DNA of 64,000 nucleotides from Clostridium sp. 26_21 (GTDB lineage Bacteria; Bacillota; Clostridia; TANB77; CAG-508): NCBI GenBank assembly GCA_001915995.1, contig MNRO01000022.1, positions 10,546 to 74,545 of the forward strand, read 5' to 3'. Shown piece by piece: positions 28,122 to 38,631 of this stretch (position 1 is its first letter; each line of letters starts with the position of its first letter). The notes under the pieces were generated by a model. It saw only the letters and a program-made list of their open reading frames with translations, ran no database searches and was not told where the DNA came from. The position numbers and the translations under genes were made by a program.

Positions 28122-28913
28122 GTGGAATTTTTTAAAGATATAATAAAAAATAAAAAATTAATAATGCAATTAGGAAAAAACGATTTTAAAAATAGATTTG
28201 CAAATACAAGTTTAGGAGCAATATGGGGATTTTTACAACCATTCATATTTATGTTGACATATGCAATAGTATTTCAATTCATATTAAAAGCAGGAAGTGG
28301 AGGGGATTATCCATATGCAGTATGGTTTTTCCCTGGAATGACAATGTGGCAATGGATAAATGATTCAATAATGTCAGCAAGTAATTCAATAAGAACATAT
28401 AGTTACTTAGTAAAAAAAGTTGTATTTCCAGTAAATATAATACCAGTAATATCAATAGTTGCCTCAAGTTTTGTTGGGCTATTTTTAATAGTAATAGCAA
28501 CAGTAATTTGTATTATATATGGATATATGCCAAATGTATTATTATTAATATATGCAATAATAGCAGTTTATGCTTTTACAATAGCATTTACAAGATTTAC
28601 ATCAGCAATAACAACAGTAGTGCCAGACTTTTCTAATTTGTTAGGAATAGCAATGCAATTATTTTTCTGGTTTACTCCAATTGTATGGAATTTAGGAATG
28701 CTTGCAGATAAACCAATACTTTTAAAAATAATGAAATGTACGCCATTTACATATTTAATAACAACATTTAGACAAGTATTTATAGATGAAAATATTGTTT
28801 TTGCTGGTAATGGAATTTATACAATAATATTTTGGATAGTAACAATAATTTTATTTATATGGGGAAATTCAATATTTAAAAGAACAAGAAAAGACTTTGC
28901 AGATGTATTATAA
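28122..28913 (+). CDS. ABC-2 type polysaccharide exporter permease (Wzm/TagG-like)
   Basis: Six TM helices and the family N-terminal motif. GTG start. Confidence 0.8.
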   Translation: MEFFKDIIKNKKLIMQLGKNDFKNRFANTSLGAIWGFLQPFIFMLTYAIVFQFILKAGSGGDYPYAVWFFPGMTMWQWINDSIMSASNSIRTYSYLVKKVVFPVNIIPVISIVASSFVGLFLIVIATVICIIYGYMPNVLLLIYAIIAVYAFTIAFTRFTSAITTVVPDFSNLLGIAMQLFFWFTPIVWNLGMLADKPILLKIMKCTPFTYLITTFRQVFIDENIVFAGNGIYTIIFWIVTIILFIWGNSIFKRTRKDFADVL

Positions 28914-28947
28914 AATTCTTTAACTTAAGGAAGGAATTAAACTAAAT

Positions 28948-29859
28948 ATGGAAAAAAAGAAACAAAATATATCTAAAATAATTCAAATTACTATAATACT
29001 TTTAATTATTTTAGGAATAGGAACTGTAATAGTTAAACAAGTAATAACTCCAAATGTAAGGTTAACACAATTGCAAGACAATAGTAGTAGGCAAATGATG
29101 GGATATATAATGAAAACATCAACAGGAAAAGTAATTGTAATAGATGGTGGATTAAATGAAGATGAGCCAAATTTAGTAAAACATATACAAGAATTAGGAA
29201 ATAAAGTTGATATATGGTTTATTACACATCCACATGAAGACCATGCAAGTGCAATTATAAAAGTAATTGAAGAAACAGATATTCCAATAGAAAAAATATA
29301 TTATACAATGAATGATATTGAATGGTATAAAGAATATGAGTCCAAAAGAGCAGAAGAAGCAGAAAAATTTTGTAATGCACTACAAAATGAAAGAGTTAAA
29401 GGAAAAACTGAAGAAGTAACTTTAAATCAAATAATAAATATTGATTTTATAAAATGCGAAATTTTAGGAGTAAAAAATCCAGAAATAACAAATAATGGTT
29501 TTAATAATTCAAGTATGGTAATAAAAATGAATTTACCAAAATCATCAATATTATTTTTAGGTGATACAGGTGAAGAAAGTGGAGATAAATTGTTAAATAC
29601 ACAAAAAGATAAATTAAAATCAGATATTGTACAAGTAGCACATCATGGACAAAGTGGAGCAAAAGAAAGTTTATATAAAGAAATAAATCCAAGAATCTGT
29701 TTATGGCCAACACCAGAATGGCTTTGGAACAATGATAGTGGTGGAGGAAAAGGTTCTGGACCATGGACAACATTAGAAACAAGACAATGGATGGAAAACT
29801 TAGGAGTTAAAATTCATGTAATAGAAAAAGATGGGGATACCACAATAAAAGTAGAATAA
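28948..29859 (+). CDS. membrane-anchored MBL-fold metallo-hydrolase, ComEC/Rec2-related type
   Basis: THPHEDH zinc motif and a late VAHHGQSG motif characteristic of ComEC-type MBL domains. N-terminal TM helix. Confidence 0.7.
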   Translation: MEKKKQNISKIIQITIILLIILGIGTVIVKQVITPNVRLTQLQDNSSRQMMGYIMKTSTGKVIVIDGGLNEDEPNLVKHIQELGNKVDIWFITHPHEDHASAIIKVIEETDIPIEKIYYTMNDIEWYKEYESKRAEEAEKFCNALQNERVKGKTEEVTLNQIINIDFIKCEILGVKNPEITNNGFNNSSMVIKMNLPKSSILFLGDTGEESGDKLLNTQKDKLKSDIVQVAHHGQSGAKESLYKEINPRICLWPTPEWLWNNDSGGGKGSGPWTTLETRQWMENLGVKIHVIEKDGDTTIKVE

Positions 29860-29875
29860 TTCTTACAATGAAAGG

Positions 29876-31177
29876 ATGAAAAAAGTGGAAAAAGAACAAC
29901 AAGAAACAGTAATAGATATAAAAAATCTAATTAAAGAATATAAAATGTACCCAACAAAAAAAGATAGATTAGTAGAAACAATTTTTCCAAATATAAAAAG
30001 ACATAGTACCTTTAAGGCAATGGATAATTTAAATCTAGAAGTAAAAAAAGGAGAAATACTAGGAATATTAGGTAAAAATGGTGCAGGTAAATCAACATTA
30101 TTAAAAATGGTAACAGGTGTAGTAGTTCCAACATCAGGAGAAATAAATGTAAATGGAAAAATAAGTTCATTACTTGAACTAGGAACAGCATTTAATATGG
30201 AACTTACAGGACTTGAAAATATATATCAACATGGACAAGTAATGGGATTATCAAAAGAAGAAATTGAAGCAACAAAACAAGATATAATTGATTTTGCTGA
30301 TATAGGAGATCATTTATATCAACCAGTAAAAACATATTCATCAGGTATGTTTGCAAGACTTGCTTTCGCATGTGCAATAAATGTTGATCCAGAAATATTA
30401 ATAGTTGATGAAGTATTGTCAGTTGGAGATATGGCATTCCAATTAAAATGTTTTAAGAAATTCCAACAATTTAAAGAAAAAGGAAAAACGATTTTGTTTG
30501 TAACACATAGTATTGCAGATGTGTTAAAAAATTGTACTAGAACAATAATATTACAAAATGGTAAAAAAACATTTGATGGTGGAGTAAAAGAAGGTGTAGA
30601 ATTATATAAAAAGATTATAACAGGAAATGCTCCAACAGAAAATAAAACAGAAGAGAAAAAATTTGTAAAAGGAAAAGAAGAAAAAACATGGAAATCACAT
30701 TTTAATGAAAATCCAAATGTAATAGAATATGGCAATTTAAAAGCAGAAGTAATAGATTATGGAATTTTTGATGAAAACAATAAATATTTATCATTTATAG
30801 ATAATGAAAAAACAGTTGTATTAAAATCTAAAATAAAATTTAATGAAGAAATAGATAACCCAATATTTACAATGACAATAAAAGACTTTAATGGCTTAGA
30901 AGTTGCAGGAACAAATACAATGATTGAAAAAATTTATCCAGGAAAATTTCAAAAAGGAGAAATTGCAGAAGTAGAATTTAAGCAAAAATTGCCAATTGCC
31001 CCAAATAAATATACATTATCATTTAGTTGTACACATATAAATGCAAATGGAGAACTAGAAGTACTTAATAGAAAATATGAAGCTTTATTAATAGAAATAA
31101 TATCAAGTAAAGATAATGTAGGACTTGTAAAATTAGATACAAAAATAAATATAAAAAGAGTTCAAAAAGAGCAGTAA
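29876..31177 (+). CDS. ABC polysaccharide exporter ATP-binding protein (Wzt/TagH-like) with ~180-aa C-terminal extension
   Basis: Walker A GKNGAGKST, ABC signature SSGM, Walker B ILIVDE. The C-terminal domain resembles Wzt glycan-binding extensions. Confidence 0.85.
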   Translation: MKKVEKEQQETVIDIKNLIKEYKMYPTKKDRLVETIFPNIKRHSTFKAMDNLNLEVKKGEILGILGKNGAGKSTLLKMVTGVVVPTSGEINVNGKISSLLELGTAFNMELTGLENIYQHGQVMGLSKEEIEATKQDIIDFADIGDHLYQPVKTYSSGMFARLAFACAINVDPEILIVDEVLSVGDMAFQLKCFKKFQQFKEKGKTILFVTHSIADVLKNCTRTIILQNGKKTFDGGVKEGVELYKKIITGNAPTENKTEEKKFVKGKEEKTWKSHFNENPNVIEYGNLKAEVIDYGIFDENNKYLSFIDNEKTVVLKSKIKFNEEIDNPIFTMTIKDFNGLEVAGTNTMIEKIYPGKFQKGEIAEVEFKQKLPIAPNKYTLSFSCTHINANGELEVLNRKYEALLIEIISSKDNVGLVKLDTKINIKRVQKEQ

Positions 31178-31189
31178 AAGAGGTAATAT

Positions 31190-32164
31190 ATGGATGAGAA
31201 AATAGATATTTTAATGGCAACATATAATGGCGAAAAGTATCTAGAAGAGCAAATTGAAAGCATATTAAAACAAACATATTCAAATTTTAGATTAATTATT
31301 TCTGATGATTGCTCAACAGATGGAACAGGTGAGATTTTAAAAAAGTATTCTCAAAAAGATAATAGAATAGAGATATATTTTCAAGAGAAAAATTTAGGAT
31401 ATATAAAAAATTTTGAATTTTTACTAAATAAAGTAGAAAACAAAATATATATGTTATCAGATCAAGATGACTATTGGCTTCCAGAAAAAGTAGAAAAAAC
31501 ATATAAAAAACTAAAAGAAGCAAAAGCAGATTTAGTTTTTACAGATTTAATTGTTGTCAATGAAAAAGAAGAAATAATAAATAAATCATTTAATAAATTA
31601 ATGAATTTAGACAAAAAAATTAATAAAACAAAAAATACAAAAGAATTAGTTTATTTATATAATTGTATTACAGGATGTACAATTATGTCAAAAAAGGATT
31701 TTATAAAAGATATTGTACCAATACCAACTGAATCAAAACATGTATTACATGATCATTGGATATCATTAGTAGTTTCAATGAAAGGAAAAGTAGAATATCT
31801 TCCAGAAGGACTGATAAAATATAGACAACATGGAAATAATCAAATAGGAGCTAAACATAAAATAAGTAAAGAAAATTCTTTAGAAGAAATAAGAAAACAT
31901 TTTATAAATGTCAAATTAGGAGTTTTCGGAACATATGTAAAAAATCCTGATATCTTTCCAGAACAAATAAGAAAGAAAAATGAAATTTCATATAAATATT
32001 ACGAAATGTTACAACAAAAAAATAATATTAATTTTAAAGGATGGAATATATTTCATAGTTTATATAAAAATGAAAACTTTAAATATTATATAGAAAACTT
32101 TTTAATATTAAATATTCCATGTATTGTTAGATTGGTATTAAATAAAAATAAAAAGGGAGAATAA
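31190..32164 (+). CDS. family-2 glycosyltransferase
   Basis: ILMATYNGEKYLEEQIESILKQTY...DDCSTDGT...DQDD. Paralogous in architecture to the 23699 gene. Confidence 0.8.
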   Translation: MDEKIDILMATYNGEKYLEEQIESILKQTYSNFRLIISDDCSTDGTGEILKKYSQKDNRIEIYFQEKNLGYIKNFEFLLNKVENKIYMLSDQDDYWLPEKVEKTYKKLKEAKADLVFTDLIVVNEKEEIINKSFNKLMNLDKKINKTKNTKELVYLYNCITGCTIMSKKDFIKDIVPIPTESKHVLHDHWISLVVSMKGKVEYLPEGLIKYRQHGNNQIGAKHKISKENSLEEIRKHFINVKLGVFGTYVKNPDIFPEQIRKKNEISYKYYEMLQQKNNINFKGWNIFHSLYKNENFKYYIENFLILNIPCIVRLVLNKNKKGE

Positions 32165-33841
32165 ATGGATATTATAAGTAATAGAAAAATAAGTAAAAAT
32201 ATATTGCAATGGTATCCGATGGATAAAAATTCAAATGTTTTACAAATTGGATATATAGAAGCGGAAATTATTGAAGAATTATGCAATAAAACAAAAAATG
32301 TAACAATTATAGTTGAAACTGAAGAACAAAAGCAAAAAATTATAGAAAATATAAAAAATAATAATATAAAAATAAAAGTTGTAACAGAAATAGAAAAATA
32401 TTCAGATAATCAATATGATTATGTTACATTAATAGGGACAATAAAAACATATGAAAATAAAGTAGAAAAAAAGGCATATAGAAGATTAGAAAAATTTTTA
32501 AAAATTTCTAATAATTTGTGTAAAGATAGTGGAAAAATAATATTAGTTTTAGATAATAAATATGGAATGAAATCATGGACAACTTTAAAAGCAGACAAAA
32601 ACATAATTTGTAACCAAACATATGCACTAAGTAAAAAGTTGATAGATAAACTTTTAGAAATGCAAGGATTTAAAAAATATAAATATTATTATGTTTTACC
32701 AGATTATAATGTTCCAAATGCAATATTTACAGATAACTATTTACCAAATTTGGAAAGTATAAATAGAAACTTTTTATATGGTGCAGAAGAATTTGAAAAT
32801 TTTAATCAAACAGAAGCATATACAGAAATTTTAAAAGAAAATCCACAAAGTTTTAAATTTTTTGCTAATTCATTTTTCATAGAAATAGGAAAAAGTGAAT
32901 TAGAAGATAATGGAATAGAATTTGTTTCATATACAAATATAAGAAAATCAAAATACCAAATACAAACAACTATATATGATGATAGAGTAGAAAAAACATA
33001 TGCTAATAATGAAGCAAGAGAACATATAAAAACAATTAGTAAAAATATAGATATAATGAATCAAAAAAGAATAAAAACATTAGATAGATATGAAAATGAT
33101 AAAATAATTAGTAAATATGTGAAAAATCATCAAAGTTATGACAGGATATTAATAGATTTGCTGGAAAATAAAAAGGAAAATGAATTTTTTAATACAATAT
33201 CTCAATATCAATACAATTTACAAGAAAAATTAGAAGAAGTTGATTATGAACAAATAAAAGAAAATAATATATTTACAAAATATAATATAAATATAGATGA
33301 AACAATTTTGAAAAAATTACATTTTGTAAAATATGGTTTATGGGATTTAATTTTTCATAATTCATTTTATATTGATGGAGAAATATATTTCTATGATCAA
33401 GAATGGTTTGATTATAATATACCAATTGAATTTATTATATATAGAGCAATAGCATATTTTCCAGTAGCACATTCATATATAAGTGGAAAAGAATTATATG
33501 AAAAACTTAGATTAACAGAATTTTTGAAAGTATTTGAAGAATTAGATTCAAAGTTACAAGACGAAATAAGAGATGATGAAATATGGCAACTTCATCAAAG
33601 AACAAGAACTGGACAAACATTATTAGACTTGTATCAAAATTTAAAAGATGAATTTAATCAATATAAAAAGATATATAATTTAACAACAATGGAAAAAGCT
33701 ACAAATACATTAAAAGAAAATGAACAATTAAAAGAAGAAAATGAAAGGCTAAAACAACAAATTGACAAAATTCATGAATCAACATCATGGAAAGTAACAA
33801 AACCAGTAAGATGGTTAGGAAAAAATTTAAAAAGGGGATAA
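32165..33841 (+). CDS. hypothetical 558-aa protein; N-terminal degenerate methyltransferase-like region, C-terminal coiled coil ending STSWKVTKPVRWL
   Basis: Codon periodicity. ATG overlaps the upstream stop. Confidence 0.55.
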   Translation: MDIISNRKISKNILQWYPMDKNSNVLQIGYIEAEIIEELCNKTKNVTIIVETEEQKQKIIENIKNNNIKIKVVTEIEKYSDNQYDYVTLIGTIKTYENKVEKKAYRRLEKFLKISNNLCKDSGKIILVLDNKYGMKSWTTLKADKNIICNQTYALSKKLIDKLLEMQGFKKYKYYYVLPDYNVPNAIFTDNYLPNLESINRNFLYGAEEFENFNQTEAYTEILKENPQSFKFFANSFFIEIGKSELEDNGIEFVSYTNIRKSKYQIQTTIYDDRVEKTYANNEAREHIKTISKNIDIMNQKRIKTLDRYENDKIISKYVKNHQSYDRILIDLLENKKENEFFNTISQYQYNLQEKLEEVDYEQIKENNIFTKYNINIDETILKKLHFVKYGLWDLIFHNSFYIDGEIYFYDQEWFDYNIPIEFIIYRAIAYFPVAHSYISGKELYEKLRLTEFLKVFEELDSKLQDEIRDDEIWQLHQRTRTGQTLLDLYQNLKDEFNQYKKIYNLTTMEKATNTLKENEQLKEENERLKQQIDKIHESTSWKVTKPVRWLGKNLKRG

Positions 33842-33861
33842 ATACAGGAGGTAAATAAAAA

Positions 33862-35700
33862 GTGAGAATACAAAATATAATAAATCAGGTAAGATATTAT
33901 AGAAAAAAGTATGGAATCAAAAAAACAATAAAAAAAGTAATATCAAAAATATATTCTAAAATTTTTAGAAGAAGTGAAAACTTAAAAATGCAAAGTGAAA
34001 GAGAAAAATATCAAACTTGGATAAAAAATAATGAACCAACACCAGAACAATTAGAAGAACAGAGAAAAATAACATTTAAGATAAAACCTAAATTTAGTAT
34101 AGTTATACCTATGTATAATACTCCAATAAATTTTTTTACTGAACTTGTAGACTGCCTAAAACAACAAACATATTCTAACTGGGAAATGTGTTTAGCAGAT
34201 GGAAGTCCAAAAAAGAATGAAGAATTAGATAGTATAATTAATAGTGATGAAAGAATTAAATATGTATTTTTAAATGATAATAAAGGAATATCAGGAAATA
34301 CAAATGAAGCATTAAAATTAGCAACAGGTGATTATATATTATTAGTAGACCATGATGATTTAATTCCGGTATTTTGTTTATATGAATTAGCTAAAACAAT
34401 AAATAAACATCCAGAAGTAGAGTTTATTTATACAGATGAGGATAAAATAGAGGGAACAAAAGATAAAAGATGTGATCCACATTTTAAACCTGATTTTGCA
34501 ATAGATACACTAAGATCTAATAATTATATTACACATTTATCAGTGTTTAAAAAAGAATTAATGGATAAATTAGGTGGATTTAGAGATAAATATAATGGAG
34601 CACAAGATTTTGATATAATAATTAGAGCAACAGAAAATACAAAAAATATTATACATATACCTAAGATATTATATCATTGGAGAGTACATCCAAATTCAAC
34701 AGCAATGGTTGCAGATGCAAAACCATATGCTTATGAAGCAGGAATAAAAGTAATTGAAGATCATTTAGAAAGACAAGGATTAAAAGCTAAAGTAACACAT
34801 GGTGGAGATATACCAGGTGTATATGAAGTTGAATATGAAGTAAAAGGAAATCCAAAAGTATCTATAATTATTCCAAATAAAGATAGTGTAAAACTATTAA
34901 GAAATTGTATTAATTCAATATTAAAACTTACAACATATAATAATTATGAAATTGTTGTAGTAGAAAATAATAGTACAGAACAAAAGACTTTTGATTATTA
35001 TGAAACAATACAAAAACTTGAAAAAGTTAGAGTAATAAAATATCCGGAAAAAGGATTTAATTATTCAAAAATTATAAATTTTGGAGTAAAAAATTGCCCA
35101 GATAGTGAATTTGTTGTTCAATTAAACAGTGATACAGAATTATTGACAAATAATTGGATTGAAAAGTTTATAGGATTTGCTCAAAGAGAAGATGTAGGTG
35201 CAGTTGGAGCAAGATTATATTATGAAGATAAATCAATACAACATGCAGGAATTGGTGTTGGAATATGTGACCTAGCTGCAAATCTTTTAACAAATACTCC
35301 AAAAAACTTTCATGCTTATTTTGGAAGAGAATGTTTAACACAAGATTTATCTGCAGTTACAGGTGCATGTTTATTTTCTAGAAGAAGTATATATGAAGAA
35401 GTAGGATATATGGATGAAGAAAATTTTGCAGTAGCATTTAATGATGTGGATTTTTGTTTAAAAATAAGACAAAAAGGATATTTAATAATATATAATCCAT
35501 ATGTAGAATTTATGCACTATGAATCAAAAACAAGAGGATATGAAGATACTCCAGAAAAGAAAGAAAGATTTGAAAGAGAATCAAATAATTTTAGAACAAA
35601 ATGGAGAAAAGTGTTAGATGCAGGTGATCCATATTCAAATATCAATTTTGATAAAAATACAGCACAATATAATGTTAGAACAGATAAAATAGAGAATTAG
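33862..35700 (+). CDS. two-domain family-2 glycosyltransferase (tandem GT2 domains, rhamnan/galactan-synthase-like)
   Basis: Two separate DxD-containing GT-A modules (FSIVIPMYN...DHDD and VSIIIPNKD...NSD). GTG start after a GGAGGT ribosome-binding site. Confidence 0.8.
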   Translation: MRIQNIINQVRYYRKKYGIKKTIKKVISKIYSKIFRRSENLKMQSEREKYQTWIKNNEPTPEQLEEQRKITFKIKPKFSIVIPMYNTPINFFTELVDCLKQQTYSNWEMCLADGSPKKNEELDSIINSDERIKYVFLNDNKGISGNTNEALKLATGDYILLVDHDDLIPVFCLYELAKTINKHPEVEFIYTDEDKIEGTKDKRCDPHFKPDFAIDTLRSNNYITHLSVFKKELMDKLGGFRDKYNGAQDFDIIIRATENTKNIIHIPKILYHWRVHPNSTAMVADAKPYAYEAGIKVIEDHLERQGLKAKVTHGGDIPGVYEVEYEVKGNPKVSIIIPNKDSVKLLRNCINSILKLTTYNNYEIVVVENNSTEQKTFDYYETIQKLEKVRVIKYPEKGFNYSKIINFGVKNCPDSEFVVQLNSDTELLTNNWIEKFIGFAQREDVGAVGARLYYEDKSIQHAGIGVGICDLAANLLTNTPKNFHAYFGRECLTQDLSAVTGACLFSRRSIYEEVGYMDEENFAVAFNDVDFCLKIRQKGYLIIYNPYVEFMHYESKTRGYEDTPEKKERFERESNNFRTKWRKVLDAGDPYSNINFDKNTAQYNVRTDKIEN

Positions 35701-35711
35701 AGGAGAAAAGA

Positions 35712-37430
35712 ATGAAAATATTTTCAAAAAGAAATATAACAATATATACACTACTTGTTTTTATTGCAACTATGATAATATTTGAAATTGGATTTTGTAA
35801 TGTACAAGTAATACATCAAGTATTTAATAGTCAAGAAATTGAATATAATTTTTCACCATGTAGAATAGTAGTATACTTAATATTTATAATTTTGTATTGC
35901 ATATTTAAAAATAAATTTTTAGAAACATCAGAAGAAACATTAAAAAATAAGACTAAAAGAATAATAACATATATAGTTATGGCTATTTCAGTAATAAGTT
36001 GTATATATATTTTGATATTTGTAAAAAGAAATGGAATAGATTATGTAAGATATGGATCTGTAAGAATAATAATATCATTATTAACAACATTATTTGTTAT
36101 ATATGTATCAAAAGATATTTCCAAAAATGTAATAATAGCTGGATGTACTTTTGGAATAGTATTTACATTTACAACAGACTATAATCATGCAATTGATGAG
36201 AAAAAACACTTTATGTCAGCACTAAATGTATCATTTTTGAATTTTGATTATGTAGAAAAACCAATTACAGATACAGAAATAGCTAAAATACCACATATAA
36301 CAAAATATATAAATATTGATGAATTTTTGGAAAATAATTATACACCATCAGTAACAGATGAAGTTAATATGGAAGATACGCCGTCAACACCAGCAAACTA
36401 TAATCCATTAGTATATGTATTACCAGGATTTGGTATTGCAATTGCTAGAATTTTAAATGGAAGCATAATAGATATGTATATATTAGGAAGAATAATGAAT
36501 CTAGCATTATATACAGCATTAGTTTATATTGCAACAAAATTACTTCCATTTAAGAAAAATATATTTTTCATTATAGCATTTATGCCATATATGTTATTAT
36601 TAGCATCATCTTATTCAGCAGATGGAGTATGTTTAGGAACAATATATATTTTTATTGCATATTGTCTAAAATTATATAAAGAAAATGAAAAAATTTCTTT
36701 GAAACAATTTATAATATTAGCAATATTATTTGGAATAATGCTAATAGGAAAAGGTGTAGGATATTTACCAGTAGCTATATTAGTATTTATTTTACCATTA
36801 ATAAAAACAATTAAAGAAAACAAAAAATATTGGCCAGCTATGATTGCATGTGGCATTATATTTATAATATTAGGAACATTTTTTGTGATATATATGAAAA
36901 ATAAGAACTTATCAACAGAAGGAGATAATAGAGGATCAGCAGGAATAAATAGTGTAGAACAATTTAAAGAAATATTAACAAATCCAATATTAGATTTACA
37001 AGTTGCAAGTAATCATATATTAGATACATTAGTAAGTTTTAATTGGTTAAAAGCATTACAACCAGAAGTATTTTTTACATCATATTCAGAAAATGCAATA
37101 TTTGTAATGTTATTTGTGATATTTTATATATCATTAACAGAAGATGATTATAATTTTAAAATAAAAGATAAAATTATATTAATATTATCATTTTTATTAC
37201 CATATGGAATGACAAGTGCAATATTATATTTGTCATTTACACCAGTAGGATATTTACATATTTTAGGATATCAAGCTAGATATATATTTCCAATATTGCC
37301 ATTATTATTAGCTTGTATTTCAACAAATAAAATAAAATGTCAAAAAAGTGAGAATAAAAATATGAAAATTGCATTAATATCTGGTTTGTTTCTAGTAATA
37401 GGATTATTACAGCTAACAACTATAAATTAA
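35712..37430 (+). CDS. polytopic membrane protein, GT-C-like (YfhO/DUF2142-type) putative extracytoplasmic glycosyltransferase
   Basis: At least 12 predicted TM segments. It is adjacent to GtrB- and GtrA-like genes. Confidence 0.55.
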   Translation: MKIFSKRNITIYTLLVFIATMIIFEIGFCNVQVIHQVFNSQEIEYNFSPCRIVVYLIFIILYCIFKNKFLETSEETLKNKTKRIITYIVMAISVISCIYILIFVKRNGIDYVRYGSVRIIISLLTTLFVIYVSKDISKNVIIAGCTFGIVFTFTTDYNHAIDEKKHFMSALNVSFLNFDYVEKPITDTEIAKIPHITKYINIDEFLENNYTPSVTDEVNMEDTPSTPANYNPLVYVLPGFGIAIARILNGSIIDMYILGRIMNLALYTALVYIATKLLPFKKNIFFIIAFMPYMLLLASSYSADGVCLGTIYIFIAYCLKLYKENEKISLKQFIILAILFGIMLIGKGVGYLPVAILVFILPLIKTIKENKKYWPAMIACGIIFIILGTFFVIYMKNKNLSTEGDNRGSAGINSVEQFKEILTNPILDLQVASNHILDTLVSFNWLKALQPEVFFTSYSENAIFVMLFVIFYISLTEDDYNFKIKDKIILILSFLLPYGMTSAILYLSFTPVGYLHILGYQARYIFPILPLLLACISTNKIKCQKSENKNMKIALISGLFLVIGLLQLTTIN

Positions 37431-37432
37431 AA

Positions 37433-37461
37433 AAGAAGCATGTAAAACATGCTTCTTTTTT
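37433..37461 (+). terminator. rho-independent terminator AAGAAGCATG-taaaa-CATGCTTCTT + T-run
   Basis: 10-bp perfect stem. Confidence 0.6.
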
Positions 37462-37555
37462 GATTATAATAAATACATTTTTGTATGTTAAAATATTGAA
37501 ATATTAATCTATTCGTGATAGAATACAAAAGAAAAAACGAAAAGGAAAGTAATAT

Positions 37556-38269
37556 ATGAAAGTTTTATTAATAATACCAGCATACAATGAAGAAGAAAAT
37601 ATATTAAATACAATAAATAAAATAAAAGAATATAGTGATGAAATAGACTATGTAGTTATTAATGATGGTTCAAAAGACAAAACAGAAGAAATATTAACAA
37701 ATAATAATATAAACCATATAAAATTAGTAAAAAATCTTGGAATTGGAGGAGCTGTTCAAACAGGATATAAATACGCATATGAAAATAATTATGATATAGC
37801 AATTCAATTTGATGGAGATGGACAACATGATGTAAATTATGTTCCTAAAATTTGTGAACCATTATTAGAAGGACAAGCAGATATGGTAATAGGAACTAGA
37901 TATTTAGACAAAACATCAAGTGAATTTCAATCAACATTTATGAGAAGACTAGGATCAAGTATAATATCATTTTTTATAAAAATATCTACAAGAAATAAAA
38001 TAACAGATCCAACATCAGGATTTAGAGCTGCAAATAAAAAAATAATAGAAGAATTTGCTAAAGAATATCCAAAAGAATATCCAGAACCAGAATCAACAGT
38101 ATCATTATTAGTAAATGGATATAAAGTAAAAGAAGTACCAGTAAGTATGAATGAGAGAACTGGAGGAAAATCATCAATAAATGTATGGAAATCAGTTGAT
38201 TATATGGTAAAAGTAGTTTTAGCAATAATAATAGACAGTATAAGTTTGAGAAAGAGGAGGAAAAAATAA
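37556..38269 (+). CDS. polyprenyl-phosphate glycosyltransferase (GtrB/CsbB/DPM1-like GT2)
   Basis: LIIPAYNEEENI ... INDGSKD ... DGDGQHD motifs. Confidence 0.85.
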   Translation: MKVLLIIPAYNEEENILNTINKIKEYSDEIDYVVINDGSKDKTEEILTNNNINHIKLVKNLGIGGAVQTGYKYAYENNYDIAIQFDGDGQHDVNYVPKICEPLLEGQADMVIGTRYLDKTSSEFQSTFMRRLGSSIISFFIKISTRNKITDPTSGFRAANKKIIEEFAKEYPKEYPEPESTVSLLVNGYKVKEVPVSMNERTGGKSSINVWKSVDYMVKVVLAIIIDSISLRKRRKK

Positions 38270-38625
38270 TGCAAATATCTTTAAAAATAGCTTTATTAAT
38301 TATAATGCTAATATATTTATTTTGTATAGCCAAATCAGTAAAAAATAAAAATATGAGAATTGGATATTTAATATTTTGGATGATTATAGGAATTTTATTA
38401 GTCATAGCATTATTAGTACCAAATCTTGTAGATAATATTTCTAATTTTATAGGATTTGAAATACCATTAAATATGATATTATGTGCCGCAATATTTGTAA
38501 TTTTATATTTAATATTTCATTTAATGACATTAATATCAAAAGAAGAAAAAAATAATACATTACTAGTTCAAGAAATTTCAATTTTAAAAGAGAGAGTAAG
38601 AAAATTAGAAGAAAAAAAGGAATAA
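38269..38625 (+). CDS. small membrane protein, DUF2304/GtrA-like companion of GtrB-type transferases
   Basis: Three TM helices plus a C-terminal coiled-coil tail. Translationally coupled (ATAATG). Confidence 0.55.
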   Translation: MQISLKIALLIIMLIYLFCIAKSVKNKNMRIGYLIFWMIIGILLVIALLVPNLVDNISNFIGFEIPLNMILCAAIFVILYLIFHLMTLISKEEKNNTLLVQEISILKERVRKLEEKKE

Positions 38626-38631
38626 AATAAT

